Shown: positions 29,326-40,057, counted from the first letter of the stretch. The stretch is DNA of 64,000 bases from an uncultured virus (IMG/VR IMGVR_UViG_3300047547_000492) (IMGVR_UViG_3300047547_000492); one strand, 5' to 3'. The notes: generated by a model not told the origin, from the sequence alone. Numbers and translations are program-made.

Positions 29326-30174
29326 ATGGCTGACAGGTACCTGCTGGAATCCGGATCTCCGGACGGGTACCTCCTGGAGGACGGCTCTGGCGTACTCCTG
29401 TTGGAGTCTGGATCGACGGGAAAGGCCAAGATCGCCTATCTGGGTACCAGCGTTTCGGCGACATCCGATGTAAATAGGGCACGGGTCGACTACCTCATGT
29501 CAGAGGTGTCCGGTCCGTTAGAAAACAGGGCGTGGATACCGTATCATGGCACCGAAGTATCGGCTTCATCGGATGTCAACAGGGCGCGGATCGCTTATCT
29601 CGGAACTGAAGTTTCGGCCGGAATGGATGATCTGGCCAGGATCGCGTATCTGGCCACAGAAGTATCGGGCTACGAACCCGACGCTCCGGTCTTCGATCCA
29701 GTCAATTTCGTATTTGAGACCCTCGAGACCGGGATGGAGTTGTACGGGAAGACTCCCGTCAGACCGTTCGTGCTCGTGGTCAACGCCGTCAACATCAGAA
29801 CGGCGACCGAAGAGGTCATTAGGATAGACTCCAGAACAGATGAGGTCGCGTCGATAATCGTGACCGTGGGAGGCCCAGTGTACGTTGGACAGCAGATGAA
29901 GCTGGTCGCCACGTTCAGGAACGACGGCGAATTGTTCGATCCCAGCGTGGTCAAGCTCACGTACAGACTTCCCAACATATTCGGCAGATTGTCCTCGATA
30001 CCCAGAGTGGTCGTCTACGGCGTAGACCAGGTGGTCAGAGAATCCATAGGCGTGTACTATTACCTTGTGACGTCAGAACACCAGGGCGTGGCGGAGGGCT
30101 TCTGGTCGTCCAACGGAGTCGGAGAGATAGCGGCAAAGGCGTTCAAGGTGACTGTGTTGCCGTTCCCGACATGA
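29326..30174 (+). CDS. Putative virion protein with internal repeats and Ig-like C-terminus
   Basis: YLLEDGSG-type repeats and five ARIAYLGTEVS-like repeats. Confidence 0.6.
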   Translation: MADRYLLESGSPDGYLLEDGSGVLLLESGSTGKAKIAYLGTSVSATSDVNRARVDYLMSEVSGPLENRAWIPYHGTEVSASSDVNRARIAYLGTEVSAGMDDLARIAYLATEVSGYEPDAPVFDPVNFVFETLETGMELYGKTPVRPFVLVVNAVNIRTATEEVIRIDSRTDEVASIIVTVGGPVYVGQQMKLVATFRNDGELFDPSVVKLTYRLPNIFGRLSSIPRVVVYGVDQVVRESIGVYYYLVTSEHQGVAEGFWSSNGVGEIAAKAFKVTVLPFPT

Positions 30175-30240
30175 TGCTCGGGCGGCGACGAAGAAGCGGT
30201 CAGTCAGACAGCCTGTGGGTGTGATAATAAACAGTGTGGG

Positions 30241-32130
30241 TTGGAGTTGACCTTGGAATTGATCGTTGCTCGGTTGAAGAAGGCTCGAGATTCCTACTAC
30301 TCCACTGGCGAGTCCGAGTTCACCGACGACGAGTATGATGCCCTCAAGTCGAAGTACGCGCATGACCTATCGGAGGCTCACGATCTTCCTTCCGCGTGGA
30401 AGAAGGTCAAACATCTGAAGCACATGGGGTCCATGTCGCTTCAATTGAGGAGTCAGAGCGACGTCTTGAGCCGCATGCCTGAAGACGTCATGGTGTCGTT
30501 GAAATACGATGGTCTGTCTCTAGAGGTTGTATACGAGAACGGCGAGATCTTGAGGGCTGCGCTCAGAGGCAATGGAGATGAGGGAGAGGACGTCCTATTC
30601 AACGCCTGTCACGTTCCGTCCATACCTCGAACTGTAGCCTCCAAGGATCTGTTCGCGGTGTACGGTGAGCTGGTGATCTCCTGGAACAACCTTCAGGCTC
30701 TCAACGAGATGAGAGCAGATGACGGGTTGGAGCCGTACAAGACCCCTCGCAACGCCGTATCGTGCGTCAGGGCTCTGAATCTGTCTCAACGTGGTAGAGT
30801 GATGGCGTTGATGTCGTTCAAGGCCTTTGACGCACATCCGAGGCCGTCATCGGATCAGGTGGAACTCACCAGGTGGTTGGTCGATTCGAACTTCTCGGCG
30901 GCCGCATGTCAAGCGGTGGACAACGCTGACGTCTGGCAGAAGATCGAAAGGATGGACGCGGCCGTCTCTCAGGGATCGTTGCAGTATCAATGTGATGGAA
31001 TCGTGGTCAGAAGCAAATTCGATTTCGACCATGTGGCCAAGGTCAAACTGCCGCCCAGAGCCGCTATCACGACAGTAATCAGGATCATCGATAGCCTGGG
31101 GAGAACGGGCGTTGTCAGCCCGGTGGTGGAGATCGAACCGGTGGTGCTCGGTGGTGTGACGGTCTCGAAGGTGACCGGTCACAACTTCAAGCTGATGGAG
31201 GACCGTCTTTTCGGGTTGGGGATTGGCGCGACGGTCCTCATTTCCAGGCGCGGAGATGTCATTCCGCATATCGAATCGGTGATGGAAGCATCGAGTACCC
31301 CATACGCTCATCCTGCGCTGTGCCCGTCGTGCGAATCTGAGCTGGAATGGTCAGGTGCACATCTGCTGTGTTCTGCTGATCCATCCGAGTGCTCTGGAAC
31401 GAGCTTGGGACTTCTGGTCAAGTACTGTAGGTCGGTTGGGATCGACGGAGTGGGCCCTGTCGTAGCCGACGTTTTGGTCAAATCGGGATTGGCCGTCCAA
31501 CCTGCCGATCTGTACTCGTTGGATCCTGTGATCTTGTCGTCGATACCCATGACCAACGGAGAGATGGGGGAGAAGATCGCAACGAGGATCGTGAACTCTG
31601 TGTGGTCGCATTCCACGATGACGTTTGGTCAGCTCCTTGGCGCCGTTGGGGTGAGGGGATGCGCGACGTCGGTGATGGAGTCAGTGGCGTTGGCATTTCC
31701 AGACGTCGAGTTGCTCGAGTCGGCTACGGTGGAAGAACTCTCGAATGTCGATGGCGTTGGTTCGGTCAGGGCTCAGGCGATCAGAGATTTTATCGACAGC
31801 AGATGGGAGGTCGTGACCGGACTGCTGGAACACGTCGATATTCGACGTACGATCGGTCCGCTCACCGGTATGACGTTCTGCATCACTCTCGGACTGTCCA
31901 TCCCACGTACTGAGATGGAATCCAAGATCCGATCAGCCGGTGGATTGGTGAAGTCATCCGTTTCGAGATCTGTGACCCACGTCGTGTGTAATGCGCCTGG
32001 AGAGTCAACGTCCAAGCTGTCCAAGGCTAAGGAGCTTGGGATACCGGTTGTTTCTGAATCCTGGGTATCGAAGCTGATCGGGGCATTTGAGTCTGAGATC
32101 GTCGAGCACACCGAGGATGACCAGTTCTAG
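30241..32130 (+). CDS. ligA: NAD-dependent DNA ligase
   Basis: TDDEYDAL, KYDGLS, RGNGDEGEDV, GRTG, RRGDVIP, C4 Zn finger, HhH and BRCT. Confidence 0.96.
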   Translation: MELTLELIVARLKKARDSYYSTGESEFTDDEYDALKSKYAHDLSEAHDLPSAWKKVKHLKHMGSMSLQLRSQSDVLSRMPEDVMVSLKYDGLSLEVVYENGEILRAALRGNGDEGEDVLFNACHVPSIPRTVASKDLFAVYGELVISWNNLQALNEMRADDGLEPYKTPRNAVSCVRALNLSQRGRVMALMSFKAFDAHPRPSSDQVELTRWLVDSNFSAAACQAVDNADVWQKIERMDAAVSQGSLQYQCDGIVVRSKFDFDHVAKVKLPPRAAITTVIRIIDSLGRTGVVSPVVEIEPVVLGGVTVSKVTGHNFKLMEDRLFGLGIGATVLISRRGDVIPHIESVMEASSTPYAHPALCPSCESELEWSGAHLLCSADPSECSGTSLGLLVKYCRSVGIDGVGPVVADVLVKSGLAVQPADLYSLDPVILSSIPMTNGEMGEKIATRIVNSVWSHSTMTFGQLLGAVGVRGCATSVMESVALAFPDVELLESATVEELSNVDGVGSVRAQAIRDFIDSRWEVVTGLLEHVDIRRTIGPLTGMTFCITLGLSIPRTEMESKIRSAGGLVKSSVSRSVTHVVCNAPGESTSKLSKAKELGIPVVSESWVSKLIGAFESEIVEHTEDDQF

Positions 32131-32139
32131 GAGGCGGAG

Positions 32140-32367
32140 ATGATGAAGGGTAGCTATGACGCCGCGATGTTCATGATCTTCGCTGTCGCAGGTGTTTTGC
32201 TGGTTTTCGTATTCGTGGTCTACGTGATGCATTCGGCCATCACATGCACCGAATGGGAGACGATTCCAGTCAAATCCACGGAGTGCTTGACCATTGGAGA
32301 CACGATAACCTGCGCAGAGAGGATCACCCGTCAATCCCGCTGCATCTCCTGGGAGAAGAAGGAGTGA
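32140..32367 (+). CDS. Small membrane protein with Cys-rich C-terminus
   Basis: GGAGG RBS; one hydrophobic helix and four Cys. Confidence 0.6.
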   Translation: MMKGSYDAAMFMIFAVAGVLLVFVFVVYVMHSAITCTEWETIPVKSTECLTIGDTITCAERITRQSRCISWEKKE

Positions 32368-32624
32368 AGCGCCCCCGTCCATCTCAGGAAGAGTTGGCCG
32401 CGTTCAGCGCGTCTGTGGCGTCGGTTGGAGTCGCTCTGAGCATGATGGCGTTGACCGTGGTGCCATACGTTTGGGCCGTGGGTTATGTCTGGTGGACCGT
32501 CTCGTCGTGCCATGTCGAGACTTTCGGCGTAGCGACTTCCAGGTGTGAATCCAACGGGTCGGTGGTCGTATGCGAATATTCTATGGGATCATCGTTCGAC
32601 TGCAACAACGAGAGGAAGCCATGA
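32364..32624 (+). CDS. Small membrane protein with Cys-rich C-terminus
   Basis: GTGA-coupled start; hydrophobic segment and four Cys. Confidence 0.55.
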   Translation: MKRPRPSQEELAAFSASVASVGVALSMMALTVVPYVWAVGYVWWTVSSCHVETFGVATSRCESNGSVVVCEYSMGSSFDCNNERKP

Positions 32625-33751
32625 GCGACATGTTCGATCCCGATCCCAGCAAGCCGTCCAATGAAGGACCGAACAAGCCGTACAAGTGGCTGGTGGTCGA
32701 CGGAGGAGGGTTGGCCACCACGGCATGGTCGACCCACAAGGATCTCGAGAGCAGAGAGCTGAGGATCAAGGCCACAGTGTACGTATTCACAACGACCCTG
32801 GCGAGTCTCTCCAGGCTGATCGAGGTTGGCGGCAGGATCGTCGTCGCCTGGGACGGCTATGACAACCGCAGATGGCGGCGCGGGCTCCATCCGTGGTACA
32901 AGCACGGTCGTGGAAGCATCGTCAACCGTATCGAAGTCCGAGAGGCCATGGGTCTCATCGACAAGCTCCTGGATGTGATCGGAGCCGCCGTGACTTCGGT
33001 GGATGGTAGAGAGGCTGATGATGTTGTGGCGTCCATCTGCACCAAGATCGCAGAAGATGGAGAGGGCCCATCTCTGATCTTCAGCGATGACAAGGACTAC
33101 ATCCAGATGATCAGCGACGACATCCATCTGTGTCGCAGGTCGCTGCAGGGTATCGTGTTGACGCCCAACCAGTGCCAGATCATGGGAATCCCGTACGGCA
33201 TCGATTATCTCCATCAGAAGGCCATGATGGGCGACAGCGGAGACAACATTCGAGGCCTCTCCGGGATCGGAGAGGCGAAGGCCATCGCTCTGGTGAACGC
33301 GGTACCAGATGCCATGGACTTGGCCAGATCTGATCCAGACCTGGTGGACTGGAGAGCCGTACCAGACGCCGTACGCAACGCGTTCGTCAGGGCTGGGCGC
33401 AAGCTGCTGCCCACGCCGGATTGTGACAGAGAGTTCGCGGACGAATTCTCGAAGCGTCGTGGCACATCCAGGGCGTCGGACTATGATGTGGAGGAGCGGG
33501 ACTGCCTGACGGCGGCGATGGTCGAGGCAGTACGGTGTCTGGATCTTGTCGAACTAGACACCGACATGATCGTCAATCTGGAATTCTCAGAGCCGAATGT
33601 CGAGAGACTGCCATCGGTGGTCGAGGAGATCGGCCTGAAGGACGAGCACGACCTGATGTCGTCGCTGTACCGGCTTGCCGGACATGCGTCGGCGAGGTCC
33701 AACCCCACCAGAACGTCGGCACTCAGGGCCGGCGATTCCGTAGAGTTCTGA
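32621..33751 (+). CDS. 5'-3' exonuclease / flap endonuclease (T4 RNase H/T5 exo-like)
   Basis: LVVDG, VAWDG, YK..R, EADD, SDDKD and GDSGDNIRGLSGIG. Confidence 0.93.
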   Translation: MSDMFDPDPSKPSNEGPNKPYKWLVVDGGGLATTAWSTHKDLESRELRIKATVYVFTTTLASLSRLIEVGGRIVVAWDGYDNRRWRRGLHPWYKHGRGSIVNRIEVREAMGLIDKLLDVIGAAVTSVDGREADDVVASICTKIAEDGEGPSLIFSDDKDYIQMISDDIHLCRRSLQGIVLTPNQCQIMGIPYGIDYLHQKAMMGDSGDNIRGLSGIGEAKAIALVNAVPDAMDLARSDPDLVDWRAVPDAVRNAFVRAGRKLLPTPDCDREFADEFSKRRGTSRASDYDVEERDCLTAAMVEAVRCLDLVELDTDMIVNLEFSEPNVERLPSVVEEIGLKDEHDLMSSLYRLAGHASARSNPTRTSALRAGDSVEF

Positions 33752-33762
33752 GGGAGAGTCGA

Positions 33763-35286
33763 ATGAGCGAGGCAGAGCCGACCGTCGAATTCGAGATCGT
33801 CGATCCGGTGTCGAAGATGGAACAGGAGCTGGTCAACAGGGGATTCATCGTGGAGCACGGCCAGGCGTTGGTCGTGCGAGGTCTCTCGGAAGAGACCGTA
33901 GCGATGTTGTTCGCCATGTATTCGAGGAGCAATGTCGGGCTCAAGACGACGCTGGCGAAGATGATCGTCGACGGCGAGGTCGCTCTGCCTGAGTTCGATC
34001 CTCAGGGAATCGACGGAAAGACCAGATCCTTCCACGAGAGAGTGACGGTCGGCTATAATCACAAGTCAGTGGCGGATCACGCCACGGTTCATTGGGCCCT
34101 CGAAGGGGTGTCCATGGTGGCCGAGAGGGACTTTCTGTCGGCTAGACTTCTGGCGGCCACGGCCCAGTCCACGAGGTATGTGGATTTCCGATCCGCGGGA
34201 TTCGTCACTCCGGAGGACTGGCCGGCGATCGTAGACAAGGACGAGTACGAATCGTACTGCTCCAGACTCATCGACGAGTACGCCGCTATGGTTCCGATGG
34301 CCGTGGAGGCCATCAGAGACGTCGAGCCGTTCGACGACGCCGTCTGGAAGCACAGGGCCTGGGAGGTTGCCACCGAGAAGCGGGCTCTCGACATGGTCAG
34401 GGACATCCTTCCATCCGGGGTGAGAACGAGATTCGGCGCCACCTGCAGCGCTACGGCACTGCGAGAGATCCTGGACAAGCGTCAGACCGGCGCGGAGTGG
34501 CAGTCGGCTGAAGTGTCCAAATGTGCCGAGGATTTGAGAATGGTCGGGTCCTCGGCTCTGCCGACGCTGTTGACAGATTCTCATAGGAGAACACCCAGAC
34601 ATCTGAAGAAGACGGCCAAATGGGTCATGGAGCAACCCAACGACTTCACGACACGACGTCTTCGACGTCACAGCGTCTCTGTGGTGATGCAGCCGAATTG
34701 GCACGCAGTCCAACAGTTGACCGAAAGCTCCATCATGGAGTTGATCCCCAGATGGATCCATGAGCGTGGTCATCACATGGTCCCAGACCGAACGGCTGAG
34801 TCCGCCATCTACGGGTTCATCCTGACGCTGCCGTTCGCGATCCACCGTGACCTCGAACGACATCGCATGAAAACCGGACTGGACTCCACGTTGCATCCGG
34901 CCATGGGATACGGTGCTGACCCGCTGCTTTTGAGCATGATGAGTCTGGCGAAGTATCCGAGACTGAGAGCCCTGAACTCCTACAGGGACGGGGTGATCAG
35001 GCGCGTTGATGCCACACTGACCAAATGGGTCTCCAGCGGCGTACCCACCTTCGCCGTTCAATACGCGTGTCCCATGGCGACCATGGTCAAGGCCAAATGG
35101 GTCGTCAACATCAGAGAGCTGGTCCACATTCTTGGTCTGAGAACGACCAAACAAGGTCATCCGTCGTACAGATCGGTGATCCAGGACCTGGCCGTGGCCG
35201 TCAGGACCGTGGATCCCATCATCGCTCCATTGATCAACGAGGTCACCGACTTCTCCGACGTCGTGGTGGGAAGACCAGGGACCTGA
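33763..35286 (+). CDS. thyX: Flavin-dependent thymidylate synthase, tandem two-domain type
   Basis: AMYSRS, YNHKSVADHA, QSTRYV, RDLERHR and LRTTKQGHPSYR; about 507 aa. Confidence 0.88.
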   Translation: MSEAEPTVEFEIVDPVSKMEQELVNRGFIVEHGQALVVRGLSEETVAMLFAMYSRSNVGLKTTLAKMIVDGEVALPEFDPQGIDGKTRSFHERVTVGYNHKSVADHATVHWALEGVSMVAERDFLSARLLAATAQSTRYVDFRSAGFVTPEDWPAIVDKDEYESYCSRLIDEYAAMVPMAVEAIRDVEPFDDAVWKHRAWEVATEKRALDMVRDILPSGVRTRFGATCSATALREILDKRQTGAEWQSAEVSKCAEDLRMVGSSALPTLLTDSHRRTPRHLKKTAKWVMEQPNDFTTRRLRRHSVSVVMQPNWHAVQQLTESSIMELIPRWIHERGHHMVPDRTAESAIYGFILTLPFAIHRDLERHRMKTGLDSTLHPAMGYGADPLLLSMMSLAKYPRLRALNSYRDGVIRRVDATLTKWVSSGVPTFAVQYACPMATMVKAKWVVNIRELVHILGLRTTKQGHPSYRSVIQDLAVAVRTVDPIIAPLINEVTDFSDVVVGRPGT

Positions 35287-35385
35287 TCGCCACCGGTCGA
35301 ATGTCGTCCCTGGGTGCCATCCACGTCGTCTTGATAGATTGAAGATCTGCTTCTTAGAATCCCCTCTTTCAACCTGGAGTCTCAG

Positions 35386-37806
35386 ATGTCGGTTCCCGAC
35401 AACGCCTACGAAGTCAATCTGTTCGAACAGAGATACAAGGCGCCGGGAAGCGACGAGCGAGGTTGGGGGGACGTGTTCGAGCGCGTGGTAAACGTTGTCG
35501 TGAACCACGCCGAGAACATCGGTGTGAACGTGACCGGCATGAAGTCCGAATTCTTGACCGCGATGGCCATGGCCCTCTTCGTGCCTGGATCACCGCAGCT
35601 GTGGAACTACGGCACGAAGAGACGGTCAGCCCGAAACGGGTCGTCGTGCTACGTCGGTCCGATGGGGGACACCCTCAAGGAGTTCAGACAGGCCGATTCC
35701 GATGCTGAGGACGTCTACACGTCTTCTGGCGGATATGGCCTGAACGTCTCCTCAGTCAGGCCGAGGGGGACGAAGATCAAGCACTGTTCCGAAGGGGCGA
35801 TGGGCTCGATGTGCGAGGGCGGGCCTGCCCTGCGCATCGAAGGGACGACTGGATACATCACTGGGTCAGGCAGAGCGAGAGGAGCTCTGATGCTCCAGAT
35901 CGACGACCGCCATCCCGACGTTCTGGAGTTCATTCTGGCCAAGAGTCCCAGTGTCCTCGGATGGCTGGACGACTGGCCGACGAACGCCGAGGCGGTCTTG
36001 GTCGCGAGCGACGCTCAGGTCCTGTCACCATTCGTGCATCGGTTCAGCACCCTGTTTCTCAAAGGCAAGGAGTGGCCGACCTGGGAAGAGGCCATGGACC
36101 ACATGCTCCATCAGGACCTCGACGAGGCCATCGGCGCGAAAATCGTGTCTCTGATCGACGGACGGGTCGTCCCGATGGTGACGGATTGGAGCACCGGTCA
36201 GTCGAGGGAAGCCAATCGGGACTGGGAACTCCCGCTGCAGAACTGCAACATGAGCGTCAGGTTCTCCGATGCGTTCATGTCAGCGAAGGACACTGGGGGA
36301 GACTGGACTTTCGCGTGGTGGTCCAAAGATTCCGTGAAGGACGGCGAACTCCCGTGGACCAAGACCGACGCTCTCGGAGAGGGCCTGAGGGAGTACGACA
36401 AGGCGTTCGACGTCGACGAGGACTACTCCTCGGTCACGGAGAGCGAGTCCTGCAGGGCCAGATACGCAGTGATCATCACGACCTGGGAGGGCCTGAGGGC
36501 GAACCTCGCTCCGAACCAAAACCAGTGGCGAGACACGAAGTACGCCAGGTTCTATCGCACGAAGATCCTCCCTGCCATCGGACACCTGAAGGGCAGGATC
36601 AAGGCCGCTCAGATCTGGGACCTGTTCTGCTTCAACGCGTGGAACCATGCGGATCCCGGAGCGGTGTTCCGCGACACGTACGAGAGGTTCCAACCGGTCG
36701 ACAGTTCGGTGTACGGAGAACGGTTGTCCAATCCATGTTCGGAGTACACCAACAGTCCGGGAGGATCCTGCAACCTGGCGTCGGTCAACTTGAGGGCGTG
36801 CGCGGACCCGGTCGATACGTCCAGTTTGGGGCGCTGGCCGGATTGGAGGGACGTCGGCTTTCACGACGAGATCCACTGGACGTGGCTGGCCAAGTCTCCA
36901 GAGTTTGAAGCGTTTCTGGGCAACGTCAAGCACGCCGCGACGTTGACGGCCAGGTACATCGCGATGGCGATGGAGCACAATGAGTGTCCGGTGGAGTTCA
37001 TCGACAGGATGAGTCGCGAGCACTTCAGGACCGTGGGCGTGGGGATCATGGGCCTCGTCGAGGCGATGATCAAGTTCCACGTGAAGTACGGTTCCAAGTG
37101 CGCCGAAGGATTTGCGGCGACCGTCATGTCTGAGGTCGCTCTGGCCGCGTGGGAAGAGTCGTTCAGACTCGCCAAGGTCGGGTTGAGCACTCCCAAGGCG
37201 TGGAACGGAACAAAGATGACCGAGATCTTTCTCCGGCGCGAGTGGTTAGCCAGGGACTACAAGGTAGCCGACAACCACGACGTCAGATGGAGGGATCTAT
37301 CGTTCAGGGCGGCTCAAGGTGAGGTCGCCGCGCACACCTGCGTCACGTCGGTGGCTCCGACCGGCACGATCTCGATGATCGCCTCATGGGTGTCGTCGAG
37401 ATTGAACGAAGCCAAGACCACCGTGACGTCTGGGGTGGAGCCCCCATATTCCTGGGGGGTGGGACGCAAGGACAACTCCGGCGAAGATGTCACGAGTCAC
37501 GACATGTGGGCCAATCCGGAACATCGGGCCAAGCCGTGGATGGTCACGGCTATGGACGGAGTGTCGCCGGAGGCGCACATCGCTGTTCATGGGGCCGTGT
37601 GCGCGTTCTGCTGCATGTCCGTGAGCAAGACCGTGAATCTCCCAAAGAGCGCCACGGTCCATGATATCAGCGATGCGTACACGAAGTCGTGGTCCCTGGG
37701 GATCCCCGGAACTTCCGTGTACAGGGATCAATCCAAGCCCATGCAAGTCTTGACGGCACTCGAGTGTCCGTCGGGAGAGTGCAAGATCGACTGGGGGACC
37801 AAGTGA
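35386..37806 (+). CDS. nrdJ: Ribonucleotide reductase, probably class II (B12-dependent)
   Basis: SSC, RGALM, HPDVLEFI, NPCSE, CNLASVNL, VAPTGTIS, SKTVNLP and C-terminal CPSGEC; no beta subunit gene seen. Confidence 0.88.
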   Translation: MSVPDNAYEVNLFEQRYKAPGSDERGWGDVFERVVNVVVNHAENIGVNVTGMKSEFLTAMAMALFVPGSPQLWNYGTKRRSARNGSSCYVGPMGDTLKEFRQADSDAEDVYTSSGGYGLNVSSVRPRGTKIKHCSEGAMGSMCEGGPALRIEGTTGYITGSGRARGALMLQIDDRHPDVLEFILAKSPSVLGWLDDWPTNAEAVLVASDAQVLSPFVHRFSTLFLKGKEWPTWEEAMDHMLHQDLDEAIGAKIVSLIDGRVVPMVTDWSTGQSREANRDWELPLQNCNMSVRFSDAFMSAKDTGGDWTFAWWSKDSVKDGELPWTKTDALGEGLREYDKAFDVDEDYSSVTESESCRARYAVIITTWEGLRANLAPNQNQWRDTKYARFYRTKILPAIGHLKGRIKAAQIWDLFCFNAWNHADPGAVFRDTYERFQPVDSSVYGERLSNPCSEYTNSPGGSCNLASVNLRACADPVDTSSLGRWPDWRDVGFHDEIHWTWLAKSPEFEAFLGNVKHAATLTARYIAMAMEHNECPVEFIDRMSREHFRTVGVGIMGLVEAMIKFHVKYGSKCAEGFAATVMSEVALAAWEESFRLAKVGLSTPKAWNGTKMTEIFLRREWLARDYKVADNHDVRWRDLSFRAAQGEVAAHTCVTSVAPTGTISMIASWVSSRLNEAKTTVTSGVEPPYSWGVGRKDNSGEDVTSHDMWANPEHRAKPWMVTAMDGVSPEAHIAVHGAVCAFCCMSVSKTVNLPKSATVHDISDAYTKSWSLGIPGTSVYRDQSKPMQVLTALECPSGECKIDWGTK

Positions 37807-38192
37807 TCACCTTGATGACCGTCCTCTCGACCGCCATGGCCGCCGACCAACCATCCACCGTGGCCGTGGAGGCGGGTCAGACCGTCACGGCCACGGTGGA
37901 TTCGCTGCTCGTGGCGCGTGAGCGAATGGACACCCTCGTGTCATTGGCGCAGCTCGGACTTCAGGTCCCTCAGATCAAGGAAGGATGGCAATCAACCGTG
38001 GTCGCCTTGGACAGATGCGCCGACGACCACAGGGCCATGGCTGAATCCGCCGAGGCCTCTCGACTCGCTGTAGATGTGGCTGTCGCTCGAGCCGATGCCA
38101 TGGCCAGACAGCGCAACATCGCCATATGGACGACCATCATCGTGGGTGGACTGTCAGCAGCCGTGGTGACCGGAATAGCGGTCGCTGACTGA
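37803..38192 (+). CDS. Secreted/membrane coiled-coil protein (possible spanin-like lysis protein)
   Basis: Signal-like N-terminus, helical middle, C-terminal TM helix; converges on holin-like genes. Confidence 0.45.
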   Translation: MITLMTVLSTAMAADQPSTVAVEAGQTVTATVDSLLVARERMDTLVSLAQLGLQVPQIKEGWQSTVVALDRCADDHRAMAESAEASRLAVDVAVARADAMARQRNIAIWTTIIVGGLSAAVVTGIAVAD

Positions 38193-38489
38193 TCAGTCGG
38201 TCAACCTGTCGACGTCCTTGGCCAGGTCCTTGTTGGACCTGGCCTTCGATTTTTGACGTGCAGAGTCCAGGTCAGAGACGTTGGAGATCTTCGTCTTCGC
38301 CCTGGCAGACTCGTCCTCCGAAGCTCTGATGCTTGCATTGGCGTCGGCAACCGTCGTGATCCCGAATGATGCCATGACCAAAGCGATCGCCTGAGGCAGA
38401 CTCGGCAGTTGACCCGCCAAAAATGACGCGACGATGACGACCGCGAGTGCGACCACTGCCACCAGAATCAACTTCTGTTTGATGCTCAT
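38193..38489 (-). CDS. Membrane protein (two TM helices plus charged tail), possible lysis accessory
   Basis: MSIKQKLILVAVV...; AAGGGGAG RBS. Confidence 0.55.
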   Translation of the reverse strand: MSIKQKLILVAVVALAVVIVASFLAGQLPSLPQAIALVMASFGITTVADANASIRASEDESARAKTKISNVSDLDSARQKSKARSNKDLAKDVDRLTD

Positions 38490-38710
38490 TGACTGCTCCC
38501 CTTGAAGGCCGTGGTCGAAGACCCTGATGGTCTGACGGTGTCGCCGACCACCGCCACGCCTATGGCGACGATCAACTTTTCGAAGGCCGAAAAGACGACC
38601 TCCTGGGAGAGTCCAGGAAACTTGGCGCAGACCAACATGGCGCCGAAGTAACACGCGACGGCCGCGATCACAAAGCTGACCCTCACTCCGACGAACTGCC
38701 TCTGGAGCAT
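38486..38710 (-). CDS. Putative holin
   Basis: 74 aa, two hydrophobic segments, GGAGG RBS, at the end of the late operon. Confidence 0.5.
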   Translation of the reverse strand: MLQRQFVGVRVSFVIAAVACYFGAMLVCAKFPGLSQEVVFSAFEKLIVAIGVAVVGDTVRPSGSSTTAFKGSSQ

Positions 38711-38752
38711 CAGGCACCTCCATCTGGAATAGGGATCTCGATGCTATAAATT

Positions 38753-38770
38753 GCCCCTAGACATAGGGGC
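38753..38770. terminator. Hairpin GCCCCTA-GACA-TAGGGGC, possible terminator
   Basis: Perfect 7-bp stem in an AT-rich intergenic gap; weak U tract. Confidence 0.4.
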
Positions 38771-38842
38771 TACCAAGTGGTGGTCAGCAATAAAGATGCT
38801 GTAATTCGATGAATCTGAGGTCAATCTGGATGAACCGTTGAT

Positions 38843-40054
38843 TTATCGACCGTTCTTCTTGGGTTTGGCCCCAGACACGAATCCACCGGGATCCACCGGA
38901 GTGATCACGGCCTCATCCACCACTCTAATCGACCTACACTCGCACCGCCAGCCTCCCTGGTCGACGACATGTTCGATCGTGATCGGCAACCACGTTCCCT
39001 TGTCCATGTTCGCCAAGTTGCCGTCTATCTCAAACGACGTATACGGCAACAAGTCAGCGTTGCCGTCCACGGTGACATTGGACCATCTGCTGAGTTTCTC
39101 TCGCAAAATGAACCATCGTCTGGCGAGGTCCACAGCGTCAGTCTCGTTGAGATACTTCCCGCTGCTGAGGACATCGACTCGGTCGCTCTTGTTTTGACCC
39201 TTGTGTTCGATGACTGCGAGGACGAGACCCTGCGTCGTTGCCTCATCCTTCAACGCTTTGGTGGAAGGTTTCCCCTCATAGACGATCTTCGGATCGCCGC
39301 CGAACTCATCAGCCTCGAAATCCGTCTCGACGAATTCCTTCTTCTCTGGGTCCCAACCCACGATGGCGACGCGCGTGGTCATCGCGCCGCCTTCTCTGTT
39401 GACCTGTATGCTGTGCAGTCTTCGATGTTCTCCAGACTTGGTGGGGATCCCTCTGGCGAATTTTAGGTCACCGACTCCTGGACTTGGCATCAGAAGGACC
39501 TTGTCTCTGGTCAGTCGAGGTCCGCCGAGGACGGCCTCCTTGGCGATCCGCTTGAGCAGCTCCAGATCCGACTTGCCGTTTTCCTTCAGCCTGGCCGTCG
39601 ATTTGGCCAGCTCTCCGGTCACACCGTTAGTCCAACCGTACGATGCGCAGATCTCATCGATGACGCTCTTGTCATCGCCCTTGAACGCTCGATGATTTTT
39701 GTTGCGAGCGGCTCTGGCGAGATCAGAGACCCCTCTGACCGTCATCTCCTCCTCACCGTCCGCCCCATACTCAACCGTGGTGGAGACCACCTCGAATTCT
39801 TGGATGAGGTCCAAGTCGCCGTTATAGCCCATCTTGAGGACCAGATTGGCGCCGACCTGCCACACAGGCATGTCGGATCTCCACAGACCATCGAGGATTT
39901 GAGCCGGCATCACGACCGTGAGTTCATCGGCCGCGTTGATCTGCAGTCTGGCCTTGATCGACGATAGACCGGACAGGTCGAGCTCAAATCCACCCGTAGT
40001 GAACAGCCCGGCTCTGTTTCCGAGCTCCTTCATCGGATCGACGTACTTTCCCAC
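38843..40054 (-). CDS. Baseplate hub / late control D-like tail protein
   Basis: LKMGY, KSDLELLKRIA, VDGNADL and IEHVVDQGGW patterns. Confidence 0.75.
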   Translation of the reverse strand: MGKYVDPMKELGNRAGLFTTGGFELDLSGLSSIKARLQINAADELTVVMPAQILDGLWRSDMPVWQVGANLVLKMGYNGDLDLIQEFEVVSTTVEYGADGEEEMTVRGVSDLARAARNKNHRAFKGDDKSVIDEICASYGWTNGVTGELAKSTARLKENGKSDLELLKRIAKEAVLGGPRLTRDKVLLMPSPGVGDLKFARGIPTKSGEHRRLHSIQVNREGGAMTTRVAIVGWDPEKKEFVETDFEADEFGGDPKIVYEGKPSTKALKDEATTQGLVLAVIEHKGQNKSDRVDVLSSGKYLNETDAVDLARRWFILREKLSRWSNVTVDGNADLLPYTSFEIDGNLANMDKGTWLPITIEHVVDQGGWRCECRSIRVVDEAVITPVDPGGFVSGAKPKKNGR

Positions 40055-40057
40055 GGA

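Noticed and set aside
35940..36640. Intein or intron in the RNR (and in the PolA insert near 5000-5170)
   Set aside because: The insertions lack intein splice-junction residues (C/S...HN-C/S/T) and homing-endonuclease motifs, and the frames are continuous.
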